Positions 28,815-42,237 of a DNA stretch of 64,000 nucleotides are shown piece by piece. The number at the start of each line of letters is the position of its first letter. Positions within the stretch are counted from its first letter, which is position 1. Below the pieces are notes generated by a model, which did not search any database, had not been told where the DNA came from, and saw only the letters and a program-made list of their open reading frames with translations. Origin of the DNA: Camelus ferus (lineage: Eukaryota); the NCBI RefSeq assembly GCF_009834535.1, contig NC_045696.1:61382001-61446000 (forward strand), in the 5' to 3' direction. A program made the translations under genes and the position numbers.

Positions 28815-30595
28815 CTTCTTTTAACGGGTCCTAGACACTGAAAAGAAATTTTTTTCTCATTGGGGTGGGAAAAGCCTGTTAGCAGTATTTCAGAGGGGTT
28901 AATATGGATGCACTTAGCATCAATTCCATAGCACACATTTCACAAAGATAAACCAATTGCATCTGGCATAAACAACAGAGCTTCACAAAACCCAGGCTCT
29001 AGTAGAAACACTGAAATGCCTCTCTGTGGAACAATGGCCACTATTAGTCACCTGACCTTGGAAATTATTCCCCAGCCAATGCAGCTTGTATATTAACTGC
29101 TAATTTCATATCTTGACTGCATGCAAAAGACTGGAATAATATGGCCAAGAAAGTTAGTTACACAGACTTTCCCACTACCCTTAACATTATATCCCTAGGA
29201 CACCTAGAGGTATGACAGATGCAAGGAAATATAAAAGATATGTCTTTGGTACAGATGGAGAAAAGAGCCTTTTTTTTTTTAGAGGATGGCCATCAGCAAT
29301 TCCTGGTTTAACAAAGCATTGATTTCTTAACTCTAACTGCTCTGTAGATTTCAGACAAGACTCCTCCAGAGTTAAGAGTCATGAAAACTGTTTAGAAAGT
29401 GTACTGTATATTTTAAATATCCCTCCTCTTCCTTTTTCAATACTCATTTCCCCTTCCTCTTTCAGAGTCTTAGCACCTTAAGCTTGTTCAGAGTCCCCAG
29501 CTACTAAAACCCCATCCAGGGTTCCCCTTCCCTTTAAAAATAAAAATATTTATTATCATCTCATTTAGCAGAAAGCTTCTAGCAACTACCACAAAAAAGT
29601 TCTGAATATTTGATGTATCATGTTTAGATGCTGGCTTATGCTACCCCTCTAATACCCTGAAAGGATATCTGCATTTTTCTGGAGTAACATAATTTGCACA
29701 AATAAATTAACTTCTTGATAATGATGAAATTTTAGGCATCAGTCAGAAATTGGGGATAGAGGAATTTTAATGATCAACTGCCATCTCTGCCCAAGATATG
29801 GTACAGTGAAAGGGGGGAAAAAGACGCTCAGAGAAGAGGTGGAAAACAAAACAAAATACCAGACAGAATGAGGTCTTTCTACTCTGCCTACTGCCTCTAA
29901 TAAGCCCTCCAGAATAAGATGTTCATCTAAACAATTGCAATTTTGTCTTACTTTCTTCCTTCCTGCTAAATTCCAACTGGCAATGTGACAAGATCTACAA
30001 GAAACCTGACCTAATTCTTAGAGACTGAAGGTGACACCTCATGAGTCATGGCTAAGTATTAGGCAGATATGAGAAAATGTCATAAGAGTCTAAACTGAAA
30101 GATGAACACCACCCAGAAACTTCCTTTCATCACATACACAAATTAAAATTCAAATGTCTTTTATTATAAATTAAAATAAAATGGAAAGAGAGTACTATAT
30201 ATTTAATTAGTGTTTCCAGTGATGATGCTCAGAGATTTTCTTCATTATTTTTCTTAATTATTCTTTCAAAATATTCAATTTACTACTCCCATCTCACTGG
30301 TCTGAGAGGCCTACTATGAATGCCTAATCAGTCCAATTAGTGACCTTTTCTAATTTGCATACAACAGAACTTTGCTGCTAGTATCTGTTAAATTCTGAGT
30401 AGGCAGACAAAATCCATTATAAGAAATATAATCAGCTATCTGGTGTCAGGTAGCTCAAGGTCAGAAAGTCAATAACACTGAGTACTTATTGTGTAAAATG
30501 TATTAACACATTATTTTTTAAGTATAAGCTATCTTCTCAAGAAGTCTTCAACCAAGGTGAGGAAATCATGCTTATGATATAAAAATGCTCCTTAG

Positions 30596-30783
30596 TAGAT
30601 AAACAAGATTATACTGTATAGCACAGGGAAATACATACAAGATCTTGTGGTAGCTCACAGCGGAAAAAAAAAATGTCACAATGAATATATGTATGTTCAT
30701 GTATAACTGAAAAATTGTGCTCTACACTGGAATTTGACACAACACTGTAAAATGACTATAACTCAAAAAAAAAATGTTTTAAA
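30596..30783 (+). mobile_element. Young L1 3'-end fragment with TSD
   Basis: TSD aa(a/c)aatgctccttag at 30581-30595 and 30784-30798; shares sequence with copies at 34999, 39903, 42331, 46432. Confidence 0.88.
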
Positions 30784-30809
30784 AACAATGCTCCTTAGGA
30801 TTCTAAACC

Positions 30810-31570
30810 ATTGGAGGAAAATTTGTTTAGGAATAGGATTATTTACATAGTTTCGAAGTATCTTTCCTTCAGTGACTTATTAATTACAATGTGAAAAGAG
30901 TTACCTTTAAAGTGAAAAAAAAATCTTAGCTAAGTAATTAAAGTTAATTAACATCACTAATAATGCCTCCTGATGTGAGGCACTGAGGACACATTACCTG
31001 CCAAAAATGCATAACCTATATAGATTTATGAGGAATAATCAGACAAACCTCAACTGAAGGATGTCCTACAAAACAATAAGCCTGTATTCTTCAATGTCAA
31101 TCATGAAAAATAATGAAAGGCTGAGGAACTGTTCCAGGTTAAAAGAGACCAAAGAAATAACACCTAGATGTACTGCATAATTCCAGATTGGGGGAGAAAT
31201 TGCTATAAATGATAGTTATTAGGACAATCAGTAAAATTTGAATACGGACTGTGTGTTGGATAATATGCATCAATATAATATAAACTTCTCAAATTTGATA
31301 ACTACATTGTTATATAAAAGACTGTCCTTGTTTTTAAAGATAAATGTTGAAGTATTAAGGGATGAAAGGTTACGATCTCTCCAAATTACCCTCAGGGGGA
31401 AAAAAAGGAAAGAAAAAGAAAAATGTGTATATTACATGTAAAAAGGCAAAGCAAATTTGGCAAAATGTCATCAGTGTATGAATCTAAGTGGGGCATGAAG
31501 GAATTCCTTTAAATATCCTTGCAACTTTTCTAAAAGGCTTTACTTTTTTTTTTCAAAGTAAAAAGTTTAA
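30810..31570 (+). mobile_element. Old L1MC-like 3' region
   Basis: atcagacaaacctcaactgaaggatgtcctacaaaac, ggctgaggaactgttccagg motifs. Confidence 0.7.
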
Positions 31571-31779
31571 TTTTTTAAATTCTCAAAAACAATTCTACAC
31601 AGATAGGCCCTCATCAAAGTTGTCTTTTGGGGTCTCTGGAAACAGATTCCCCCTCCTTCCTAACTCTATGAATCAGTGTAGATAATACATATATTCCAAG
31701 AAGTATGTTTTAATAATCGGTATGTCTTGCAAGGAATTACATAATAACAGCAACATTCATAATAATACCCATCTTTTGT

Positions 31780-32010
31780 GTCAGTATTTAGCAGTGCCAG
31801 GCACTGTGCTCGGTACTTTATATACATTAGTCTCATTTGACTCATATAACCTGAGAAGCAGGTGTTTTTAGTCACAATTTTCAAGTGAGAAAACTAAGGA
31901 TCAGGGAAGTTAAGCAACCTATCCAGAGATCAGCTAGTAAGTGGGTGGGAGAGCCAGGATTTAAATCTAGACTAGTCTAATTCCAAAGTCCTTACCACTA
32001 TATTCTGCTG
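31780..32010 (-). mobile_element. MIR SINE
   Basis: gtgccaggcactgtgct...gagaaaactaagg...aagttaagcaacct...ccaggatttaaatctag core. Confidence 0.75.
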
Positions 32011-33170
32011 TCTCCCAGAAATCCAAGATTTTTTAAAAGAAGCTGTCTCATTACTACTGCTGTTTCCTTTAATCAAGAACATTCTTTCTATGGCATGGGT
32101 CCCTTAAGTTTTTGCAAACTTAAGTCAGACCAGCCTAACTGACCAGTGGAATAAAAGGTTACAGTCACTTAAAGACAAACAAGGTTCCAGGACAAATCAA
32201 AGAGAACTGACGTGGCTGTTGGCCTGCTTCCAAGGCTGCCTGATTTGTCAGCGGTACGAATATGCAGATCTTTCCTATTGGATAGTTTTGCTAGACTTTC
32301 TTGATATGCTTCCAACTTAAGCAATAAAGAATTCTTTCATTCTCTGCTCCTCCCTCTTCTGACATTACAAATAGGTGGTGCTTAAATTATCTGTACTTTT
32401 CATTCATGATACAGAACAGAGTTTTAAGGGTGCCATAATACATCAAGGGGGAAATGTCATATCATATTCTCACCAGTCATTTTCCATGACTTCAAGTTAA
32501 AATTCCTTCAAGTTTAATAGAAAAATACTTCACACATCTAAAGACATGTCTAGCAACTTCTCAGAAGTCTTTGCTCTGTGTATGGGTTGGGTCGGGGAGA
32601 GGATATATGTGCTATAATATTTTTACAGCTTTATTGAATGAGACATAATTGACACAGAATAAAGTGTGTATTTTAAAGCATGTAATTTAATGAGTATTAA
32701 CATATCCATATACCTGTGAAATCATCAAAATTAAGATAATGAACAAGTCTCTCACTTTCAAGTTTCCTCATGCCACTTTGTAATCCATCTCTTCTCCCCA
32801 CTCTGACTTTGCTTTGCTTTTTTGTTTGTTTTGTTTTGTTTATGTTGTGGTAAAATATACATAATATAAATTTTGCTTTGCTGTTTAACTGCTTATTTCT
32901 TGAAGTATTGAACCATCTTGTTGTACGATTCAACTTAACCAGCCAAACACATGGTACATATCATCATACTAGAAAGAAGCAAAGGCTCTAAATACTGCCA
33001 GTGTGGTTTTAAAGATATTCTAAAGTCAAATTGATACTTGGGGTCACTATATATTGTTACACTGGATCTATTCTACTAGATTAAAAAAATTATAACAAAA
33101 ATATAAAATATCATAGAAGACTCAAGGCAAGAGAAGCTAAAGTAAAATTCACAAAGAAAAATATCAAGGC

Positions 33171-33219
<49 letters not shown>
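33171..33219. repeat. (TAT)16 microsatellite
   Basis: Perfect trinucleotide run. Confidence 0.95.
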
Positions 33220-33580
33220 TTACAAGGCCCTTTGGTAACTAATACTAATACATTTTACCTGTATTTCAGTTAAGTATATACATTCTTCAAAATCTCTCCA
33301 TCCTCCTTACATAACACCTCTAATCAAATTTCTAAAGCAGTGTTTCTCAGTATTTTTTATCCACATTCCATTTTGAGAAATGTAAAAATCTTCAACCTCA
33401 CTCCATTTGCATAGTGTAGTGATTAAAAAGAGGTCAGACTCTAAAATCAGATTATCTACGTATGAATCCCATTTCTACCACTTTCTAGTCAAGAAAATTT
33501 GGACAAATTCCTCACTCTCTCCAAGTCTTAGTTTCAACATCTAACAAATGAGGTTTAAATGGAATAATCCATGTAGCACT

Positions 33581-33939
33581 ATTAATTGACTGTAAGTGTG
33601 TGGGTTTATTTCTGGGCTCTCTGTTCTGTTCCACTGATCCATATGTTTGTTTTTGTGCCAATATCACACTGTCTTGATTACTATAGCTCTATAGTACTTT
33701 CTGAAATCTGGGAGGGTTAATCCTCCAGCTTCATTCTTTTTCTTCAGTATTGCTTTGGCAATTCTGGGTCTGTGATTACATATAAATTTTAGGATTATTT
33801 GTCTTAGTTCTGTGAAAAATGTCCTGGGTATTTTGATAGGGATTGCATTAAATCTGTAGATTGCATTGGGTAGTATGGCAATTTTAACTATATTAATTAT
33901 TCCAATCCATGAGCATGGGATATCTTTCCATTTCTTCAA
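33581..33939 (-). mobile_element. L1 ORF2 internal fragment
   Basis: [38 protein letters not shown]...[29 protein letters not shown]. Confidence 0.93.
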
Positions 33940-34354
33940 ACCTCAGTTTATCTTTTTGTTTGCTCTAATTTGTTAAAATAATTTCAAATCTTGACTGCCA
34001 CCTATCATATTAGCTATCACTGTTTTATGTAATCTATAAAATTGAAAGCATGGTTTTTATGTCTCCATCCAAGTAAGTGCTGAAAATAATGATCTGGATA
34101 GATATGTCACCACACACCAGTGTGACATACTACTAGAACTCTCTCTCTTCACTGAGATCCACTCTTAATACTCTAGCTTAGTACAATGTATAACACAGCA
34201 TAGTTTATCTTTAGAAAATAGAATAGAAAAATATATTTAGAATTCTTAATGATTTTTCAATCAGATGTAGACCTGTCTCATTGTACTATTACATAATCCA
34301 CATTTCTCTATTACAGTCCCAAAAACTATGATGATAATAGTGATGATAAAAATT

Positions 34355-34605
34355 ATAGCTAACACTTACAGAGTACTTCCTATGTGCCAGGAAGTTATAA
34401 ACCTTATGCATATATTAAATAATTTAATTCTCACGTCAATCTTATGAGGTAGATTAGCCCTATTTTGCAGATGAAGCAATTGAGGAACAGCTGGATTAAA
34501 TGACTTGACTGAGGTCACACACACAGGACAGGGCAAAAACAGGATTTGAACCAAGGCATTCTGGCTCTAGGGTCTATGCGCTTAACAACATCACTATGCT
34601 GCCCA
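34355..34605 (-). mobile_element. MIR SINE
   Basis: ttttgcagatgaagcaattgagg...taaatgacttgactgaggtcacac...ggatttgaaccaagg. Confidence 0.8.
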
Positions 34606-34998
34606 GTATATAAAGTGGTCACACATGAACTTAAAACAAAATCACTTAACGCACTCTGGCCATGGGCTACACTGTGCCAGGCAGGAATCTAATTTCATCC
34701 TTCATAAAGCATGGGCTCCTCCTCATTGGGCATATCCCTGGCAGACTACTCAGGAACTCCAGGGGCTTATTTTAGTTTGGGCCCAAGTAGAAGGGTAGAG
34801 GGGGCACTAGACCAGGAATAATATCATATAAACTGGGACTTAATTCTCACTCCTCCCATTACCCTAACTCGAAGTTAAGGTAAGTATCTTGACTCTAAGA
34901 GTTTCTTCATGTGATTAAGGAAGGTACTAAATAAAACATACTTAATTCTTAAGTCATGGTAAGAAGCAAATGAGAAATTACAATATATAAACTTTCTA

Positions 34999-35215
34999 GG
35001 GTGGGAAAGGACAGACTGGGATTTCAAAATGTAGAATAGATAAACCTGATTATACTGTATACCACAGGGAAATATATACAAGATCTTGTGGTAGCTCACA
35101 GCGAAAAAAAAATGTATGTTCATGTATAACTGAAAAATTGTGCTCTACACTGGAAATTGACACAACATTGTAAAATGACTATAACTCAATAAAAAATGTT
35201 TAAAAAAATAAAACC
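34999..35215 (+). mobile_element. Young L1 3'-end fragment
   Basis: gggtgggaaaggacagactggg...gactataactcaataaaaaatgtttaaaaaa. Confidence 0.85.
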
Positions 35216-38200
35216 ATTAACTCAAAGAAAAAAATTATTAAAGTCAAGGGGAGAAGAATGAGGGTTTGGTCCTGGCTCTGCCCCTTGCTAGCCATGAAAC
35301 TTCCAGCAATCATTACACTGAGTCTATTTCATTATCTGCTTAAGAGGTCAGCTGGGAGAATTTTTAAATATGATAATGCAGTGTGAAAATACATGTATAA
35401 AAGTTAATGTGCCAAATGAATGTAAAATATGGTATTATTATTAGACCTCTTAATCATGGAAGAAAATTCATGCAAGATGCAAAATCTGCTCCCAGAATTT
35501 GAAAAATTGGCCATATTCAGCAAAGAATAATCTCACTCCTTAATTACTGATGATAAATCTAGATACTTTAAAAATTAGGTAAAATAGGAAGCTTATAGAC
35601 CAGAGAGTCTCACACCTAATTCTCATCTAAAATGAAAATCTGGGGCCAAAATATACACAAAAAATAATAATAAAAAAATAAAAACTTTCTGATGTTGTTT
35701 GTCTTCCCACTGTTCAATTCTCCTGCTCTGAAAAGAACCCATTTTCAAATGGAGACTCAGTCTCATTTGGTCTGTGTGAGCCTCACCCTTAGCCATAGCA
35801 TCAGATGGTATATGCCAAACCTGAATCAATCAGTCATCACTCTCCCAGGCCACAGACTAGGGGAGGAGGGAGGTGGGAGAGGCAGTGATAAATGACCTAA
35901 GATCATATAATCAGAGTGAATTTTAGGACTCGCCAGATGGGAATGCTTGGACAAATAGTATCACTTCTTTCTTCGTGGATTCAAACCTGGAGACATGATT
36001 CTAGGAACCATCCTGTGACAATCTAGTAGTCATACTATAACCAGGGAGAGGGCCTTTTCTAAAAGCGTCAACACAGAGAAAGCAATGATGGAGAGAAGCC
36101 AGATCCTGAGCTGTCTAATTGTACCAACTAATACATTCCTTTTCTGCTTAAACTCAGTTAAGCTGGGTTTCTTATCACCTGGAACAACAAAATCATAATT
36201 GATGCATTCAGTACCTGGCAATGAGCCTCGGCACACAGTAGGTGCTTAGTAACTATTTAAATAAATGTAGTAAGTAAAAAATACTCCTTTGACATTTTGA
36301 AAAGCACTGTAGTTACACACATTAGAGTTTTGTTTTGATGGAAAGAGATCAAGTACTTGCCAATTTATAAGTGTATCAAAGAAGGCACAACAAAGCTCTC
36401 ATCCTGTCAAAAGTATTTTTCCTTATCTGCTCATGTACCGTTCTTCTATTTTCCAAAGATGACTTTTGTGTTGTATATTGTATTTTACATTATACTTTAA
36501 ACTGAACATTACACATCAGACTTAAACTGAAGTCTTAAGATCCTTTGGATTTACAACAAACATACCTAATATTTTTGGGGTTTTACTGTAAAATACTTCT
36601 ATATTTTCTCCACTTTCTTAGGAGATGGAAAACACGAAGATCATTGACCTTCCATAACAATAACCTTAGAAGAGTTTAGAAATTATAAAGAGATTAACTC
36701 TCACACATTTCCTCTAGAACTACTACTAATTTTTAAATTTGACTTTATAGGTCTCTCAAATTTTTTCATTTTTCACTGGTAGACCATCCCCAAGTTTCTC
36801 AAATCTACTAACTTATGCACCATGAAAGTATATAGAAAAATTTAATAATTAGTGACTAAACTGATGAAAAAAGTTACCCCCTCCCCTCCATTTCCCTAAA
36901 TTTCCAATAGATGGCTGCTGGGACACAACAAATTTGCTAGTGAGAAAAGGCATGTGGGAGGATGAGGGCATACTGAGGACAGCAAATGCATGTTGGCTTT
37001 TTAGTTCATTATACTGGAACTTAGCTTTACTCAAAACCACACCCACCTTTACAATACTCACAATTGCCCAGTAACCACTGAATACCTCCAACAGTGAGGA
37101 ACAATACTTTCCAAACTCTCCATTTATAACTGCACCTCCGTAATCAACCAACACTATTCAAGTAAAAGTGAAAGACGGCCCTGGAAAAGGAGGAGGCTTT
37201 AAGTATCTACATTCCAAAGGGAAAACATACATACACACACACACTGGGTGCCTTAATATCTGTTTGTCCAGTGGGTAACAGGGTTGGGAAAAGATGGCAT
37301 CTCCTCAGAGCCAATACAGTACAAGATCAAAATGGGGATGGAAAGCAGGAGATTGACTAATAATTTGCAGATGGTTCCTGGCTTCCAGCAATAGTACCCA
37401 CATGAATTAAGCTGGAATGAGTCAGAATGAAAGCAGTTGGAGGTAGAATACAGAGTCTCCCTCATGAGCCCACTGGGGTGGGCCAAAAGTCCCTGTCTCC
37501 TTAGCAGTTTATCCTCCCCAGAAGGTTCTATGTCAAAAGAAGCTATAACAAAAGAGAGAAAAAGGGAGCTGGCAGCCAGAATGCAGCATTTGTAAGGCCT
37601 GATCTTTCCAACACTGCTACATATTCAGTCTCTAGATAAGTCACCTTATCCTGGTCACTCAAATTCCCCCATTCAAGCACAAATTCTAAATATGGACATA
37701 AATGCTCACAGTACCATCACCACCACCACCACTACCCTGCCTATTAAGTGCCTTAGTGTCTCCACTTCTGCTGACTCACCTCCCAGTACACACTGCTTGC
37801 CTTGTTCTTCAGTGCTCCAATAGATGCCTGCTTGGATGCATCAACTTTGCTACTAAGGAAGTACACAGAAGTGGAAATAATATGTGTGAGCGGGGAGGGA
37901 TGGCAATGAGGAGATAGAGAGGATAAATCTAATCAAGTGTTTTTCCAATATGAATGTCTAGGAGACAAAATCTGAGTGTGGAGTGCATATGCTTGTGTTT
38001 TAAAGATGAAAGCTTCCTAAAAGTGCAGTTTTAGAAACTCCCACCCAATCCCTTCTATTCTACTTCCTTATTGCTGGTAGATCTAGTAAACACCCCAGGA
38101 TGAAAGAGGAGGTGGACTCTGCTTCCAAAGGTATGCCACAACCTAAATAGCAGAAGTTGCAATCGTATATACTCTTCAAGTTTCAAAAATCTAATTCAGA

Positions 38201-38635
38201 TTTGACTGAGTACTACAGGGAACTATCTGTAAAAAGAGGACACATGAATTTTTCCTTTGCATTCTATTCCTGTTCCCCCGTCTCTAGGCCTACAATTATC
38301 CTCCTCGGTAGAACCTATGATCAGTAATTTTCTACTGGCATACCAATGCCAAGTTCCAAAGCTGAGTGAGCAAACATATTTCATATTTGGGATCTTTACT
38401 TGCTTCTACCATTGCGGAGCTTAAAATAGTAGTGCTCTAAGAAGCAAGCTCCGTGAATTCCTGGGTTAAAGTGCATCAAATACTCTTGGCATTAATCATG
38501 TCATCTGCTGTACACTCAGGCCTTCCCACAGATAACAGTTCAGTCATATTACCCCTTGTGTAAAGAACTTTGAAGCTTGAGGGAAGGTATGTGGGGAGGA
38601 GGGATTAGATTCAAGAAGCAGCAGAACCCCTAGAG

Positions 38636-38852
38636 CAGGGGTCAGCAAATCACACCTCACAGGCCAAAATTGGCTCACTGCCTGTTTTTGTAATTAAAGT
38701 TTTATTGGAACACAGTCATGCTCATTCACTGATGTACTGTCTATAGTTGCTTTTGTGCTACAACTGCAGAGCTGAGTAGTTGCAACAGAGTGTATGACCT
38801 GCAAAGCCTAATAGTTACCATTGGGCCCTTTACCTAAGAAGTTTGTCATCTC
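38636..38852 (+). mobile_element. MER58-like hAT non-autonomous element
   Basis: caggggtcagcaaa TIR; gcctgtttttgtaattaaagttttattggaacacag; ggccctttac...aagtttgtcatctct. Confidence 0.8.
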
Positions 38853-39902
38853 TATTGTAGATGAAGGCAGGATCAGTTTTATCAATAATTTGGTAGTGAA
38901 TTCTACGCAGATTAAGCAAACAGTTCTAAAATGGAGGACAGTGCTAGGAATACGATTATTTCAAGAAACTGTACTGTAACTTTCTAATACAGGATTACTG
39001 CAGTTTATGCAACTAACCTGTATATATCATCACACCATATAGAATAAGTCAAAAGAATGCCTGATTTGGGAAGCTAAATGTAAAGGTGAATTTCACAACA
39101 CGACCTGCACTGATAGATTAGTGTTAAACCAAAGCTCACATTATTCCTCAATATTTGAGACCAGAAGATTGCCACATCTAAGACCTCAGCTTTGAACTTG
39201 ATCTCTTCCCTCTAATTTCTTGAGAGAAATCTTACTCAGCACACATCGAGTGGGCACTTATTCTGTGCCAGACCCTGGGTTAGTCCTGGACCAAAGTAAA
39301 GCTTATACTTGGTCCCGGCCACAGAGTAGGATATTTCAGGAAAAAGATTATCCTAAAAACCACAAGAGACACTAGCAACAGCTTTTACAGTTGAATGATT
39401 TTGCCACTACTGTACCAGAAAATTCAGTGAATAAATCCTGTGTTTAGATTTTGCTCTTTGTAGAGTGGATTATGGAACTTAGAACTCTAAGGCAGTGTCT
39501 ATGATAGATTCAGGGAGTCTCGGATTTAGACCCCCCAAAAAAAGTATCTTTTTTTTCACATACCTCTGGCAAATTCACCATTTCTTCAAATATGAACATA
39601 AGCAACAACAGTAATAGCAGATTTAGTAGAATAAACTTCATCACCAATAGAAATCATAGGTATTTTCATGTACTGTTACACTTGTTACATGTATCTTGAA
39701 ATATTGTTTAAACACATGATCACTTTAAAATTATCAAAATCACAAGACCCATTAATAGACAGTAAACATTATTTACTATGTTAATAAAAAGCACATGTGC
39801 TCTAACATATTTTTAAAAGTTTGATAACTATATTTCAACCTAATTTGTTTCCTTTATAATTCTATGTTTTGTTTTGTTTTTTTGCTTATAGAAACATTAT
39901 TT

Positions 39903-40175
39903 CTAAATTGGGAGTTTGAGATTTGCAGATACTGGATAGTATATATAAAATAGATAAACAAGTTTATATTGTATAGCACAGGGAACTATATTCGATATCT
40001 CGTAGTAGCTTATGGTGAAAAAGAATATGAAAACAAATATATGTACATTCATGTATGACTGAAGCATTGTTCTGTACACCAGAAATTGACACAACATTGT
40101 AAACTGACTATACTTCAATTTTTAAAATGTAAAAATAAATAAATAAATAGATAACAAATAATAAAATAAAAGAAA
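39903..40175 (+). mobile_element. L1 3'-end fragment with A-rich tail and TSD, nested in an older DNA-transposon relic (~39490-40245)
   Basis: TSD atagaaacattatt at 39888-39901 and 40176-40189. Confidence 0.85.
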
Positions 40176-41758
40176 ATAGAAACATTATTCCAAAAAAGGA
40201 GTCCACAAGGTTTCACCATACTGCCAAAGCAGTCCATGGCACTGCTTTAGGACCAAAAAAATAAACAATCAATCACATCTGAGGTAATTCTCTGTTTTCT
40301 GTTAAATGCCATACACTCATTTTGTTCCCTAATACAGAACAAAGACCATAAGTCACTATTTTTAGCAGCCCTCACTTCAAACTGGTTTGCAAATAGTTGT
40401 GATTGTGATACAACAGCCTAGCAGATCCATGGGTTCCCCTGGTTCATTGGCAGTCATTCTAGTCCAAACATAGAAAGCTTCAAACTAACACAATTTTCAA
40501 CCAGAGAGTTACCAAAAGAAAAGAGAGAAAAAGGGCCAAAACAAAATGAAAAAACAAAACAAAACCCTGCTCTACATCTATCTACTAATCTGTTTTGCAA
40601 ACAGTAAAATACAGGCAATTCAATATTTATATTAATGAGATAATGTATGTAAACAAACCTAACACAGTGCCAAATATATATTAGAGACTCATGATTTTTT
40701 TTCTTCTAGAATGGCACTGGGGCATATACTGCAAAATAGAATATGTAAAAATGTATATTCCCTGAATTTACTGACTGAATTATAGAAGAAGGGAGTTAGG
40801 ATTTAAATTTCGCTACAAATCATTCAAAAACAATTAACAAAACAAATCACACTATAAACACGTGTCCAAGTACCCATTTGACAGGAATATTGTGAAAAGA
40901 AAAGTTTAGGACTAGCAACAGAAAGGTTTAAGTTTAGGAAGAGAAAGTGCTAGAAGTTACCCTGTGGGCAAATAAGCAGAAGGGTTGAGCCTAGAGCCCT
41001 GATCTCACTCTCTCCTTCCTTAATCATATTGTCTTTAAGGTGACTTATGTAGAGATAGCATAAGTAAAAGATGTAGAAGCATCCACAATCTTGAGCAAAA
41101 AGAAATTTTCATAGTCCAGTGAAGACTGGGAAGTACTCTGACTTCAGGGTTTCTCTAACTGAAAAAATTTCCTAAAACTTGTGACTTTCAGAAAAATGTA
41201 TTCTTTCCAATCTATTTTAAGGTAACACAAACGTTAGTGTAAGAAAGACCTATTTCTGTATGATTCAGTTGGGAGAATTATCTTTATGAGTAGAAAAGCC
41301 AAGAGATCTGGCTTCAGATCAGAGTTATGCAAATACTTGGAAAGAAAAGCATTAGAAAATTGCAAGTTTTAGTAGGTATTTTGTCCTTATGCATCTTTAA
41401 TAACAAGAGCAAATTATTATGCTTGCTTTTTCAATGAATATTTCATAAATTAATACTCATCAGAATTTACAACTGAAGAGGCTATTCAGCTCCCAAGGGG
41501 AATGATGCCTAATCTAAAGATTAGACAGTTCCATAGGAAAATTATAAATGAGGTCAGGTCGCTTACAAAAGCCAGGAGATTGTATACTGAATTTGGTGAG
41601 TGGGTATTTATTTCAGATTATTAAAGGGCTATTAAACCAGAAGAACAGTTACCTATGCCATAGTTAGAAAATCTAAAGCAAGAGAAAACAGTAATTCTTC
41701 CTATAGTCACAGAATGAGTCAGTGTTAACATCAGATAAAGTAACCTGGGACTTCTGAA

Positions 41759-41813
41759 TGACTAGATCATTCTCCTTAAGGGCTTCATCTGACTAGATCA
41801 TTCTCCTTAAGGG
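41759..41813. repeat. 24-bp perfect direct repeat (31-bp period)
   Basis: tgactagatcattctccttaaggg x2, separated by cttcatc. Confidence 0.9.
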
Positions 41814-42237
41814 ATCATATATCCAGTGAGGAGGCACTCAAGAAAAATAAAACTTCACCTATTTATGGGAGGAGAAATCACAGGCTAAGGAAAGAATTAC
41901 ATTCACTCTTTATCAATCAGGCCATTTATACTGGTTTTCAAATGGAACTTGCAAGCAGGGTAGATCAAAAAGAATCATTTCATTCAGCAAACACAAATGA
42001 CCCCAGAGGCAGTGCTGCAGTCCCCAAGCCTAAATGTCTTCCCTTCTGTGGTTAGTTACCCTGGAGCATTATATTCCATTCTAGGAGCAAATTCTTCAGT
42101 AGCTCCTTTTAGGTATGTAGAATATAAGCCAAATAAATATCTAATGTTCTAGAAAATGGTGTAACTAGCCATTTTTTAGCTAAACAAAGGCTATCCCTAA
42201 CCATTCCCAACTCATTCCCATTCAAGAATCTTTCTGA

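Noticed and set aside
28718..28936. 72-aa ORF overlapping the PCYT1A first coding exon
   Set aside because: Starts in the intron and is out of frame with the true ATG at 28814.
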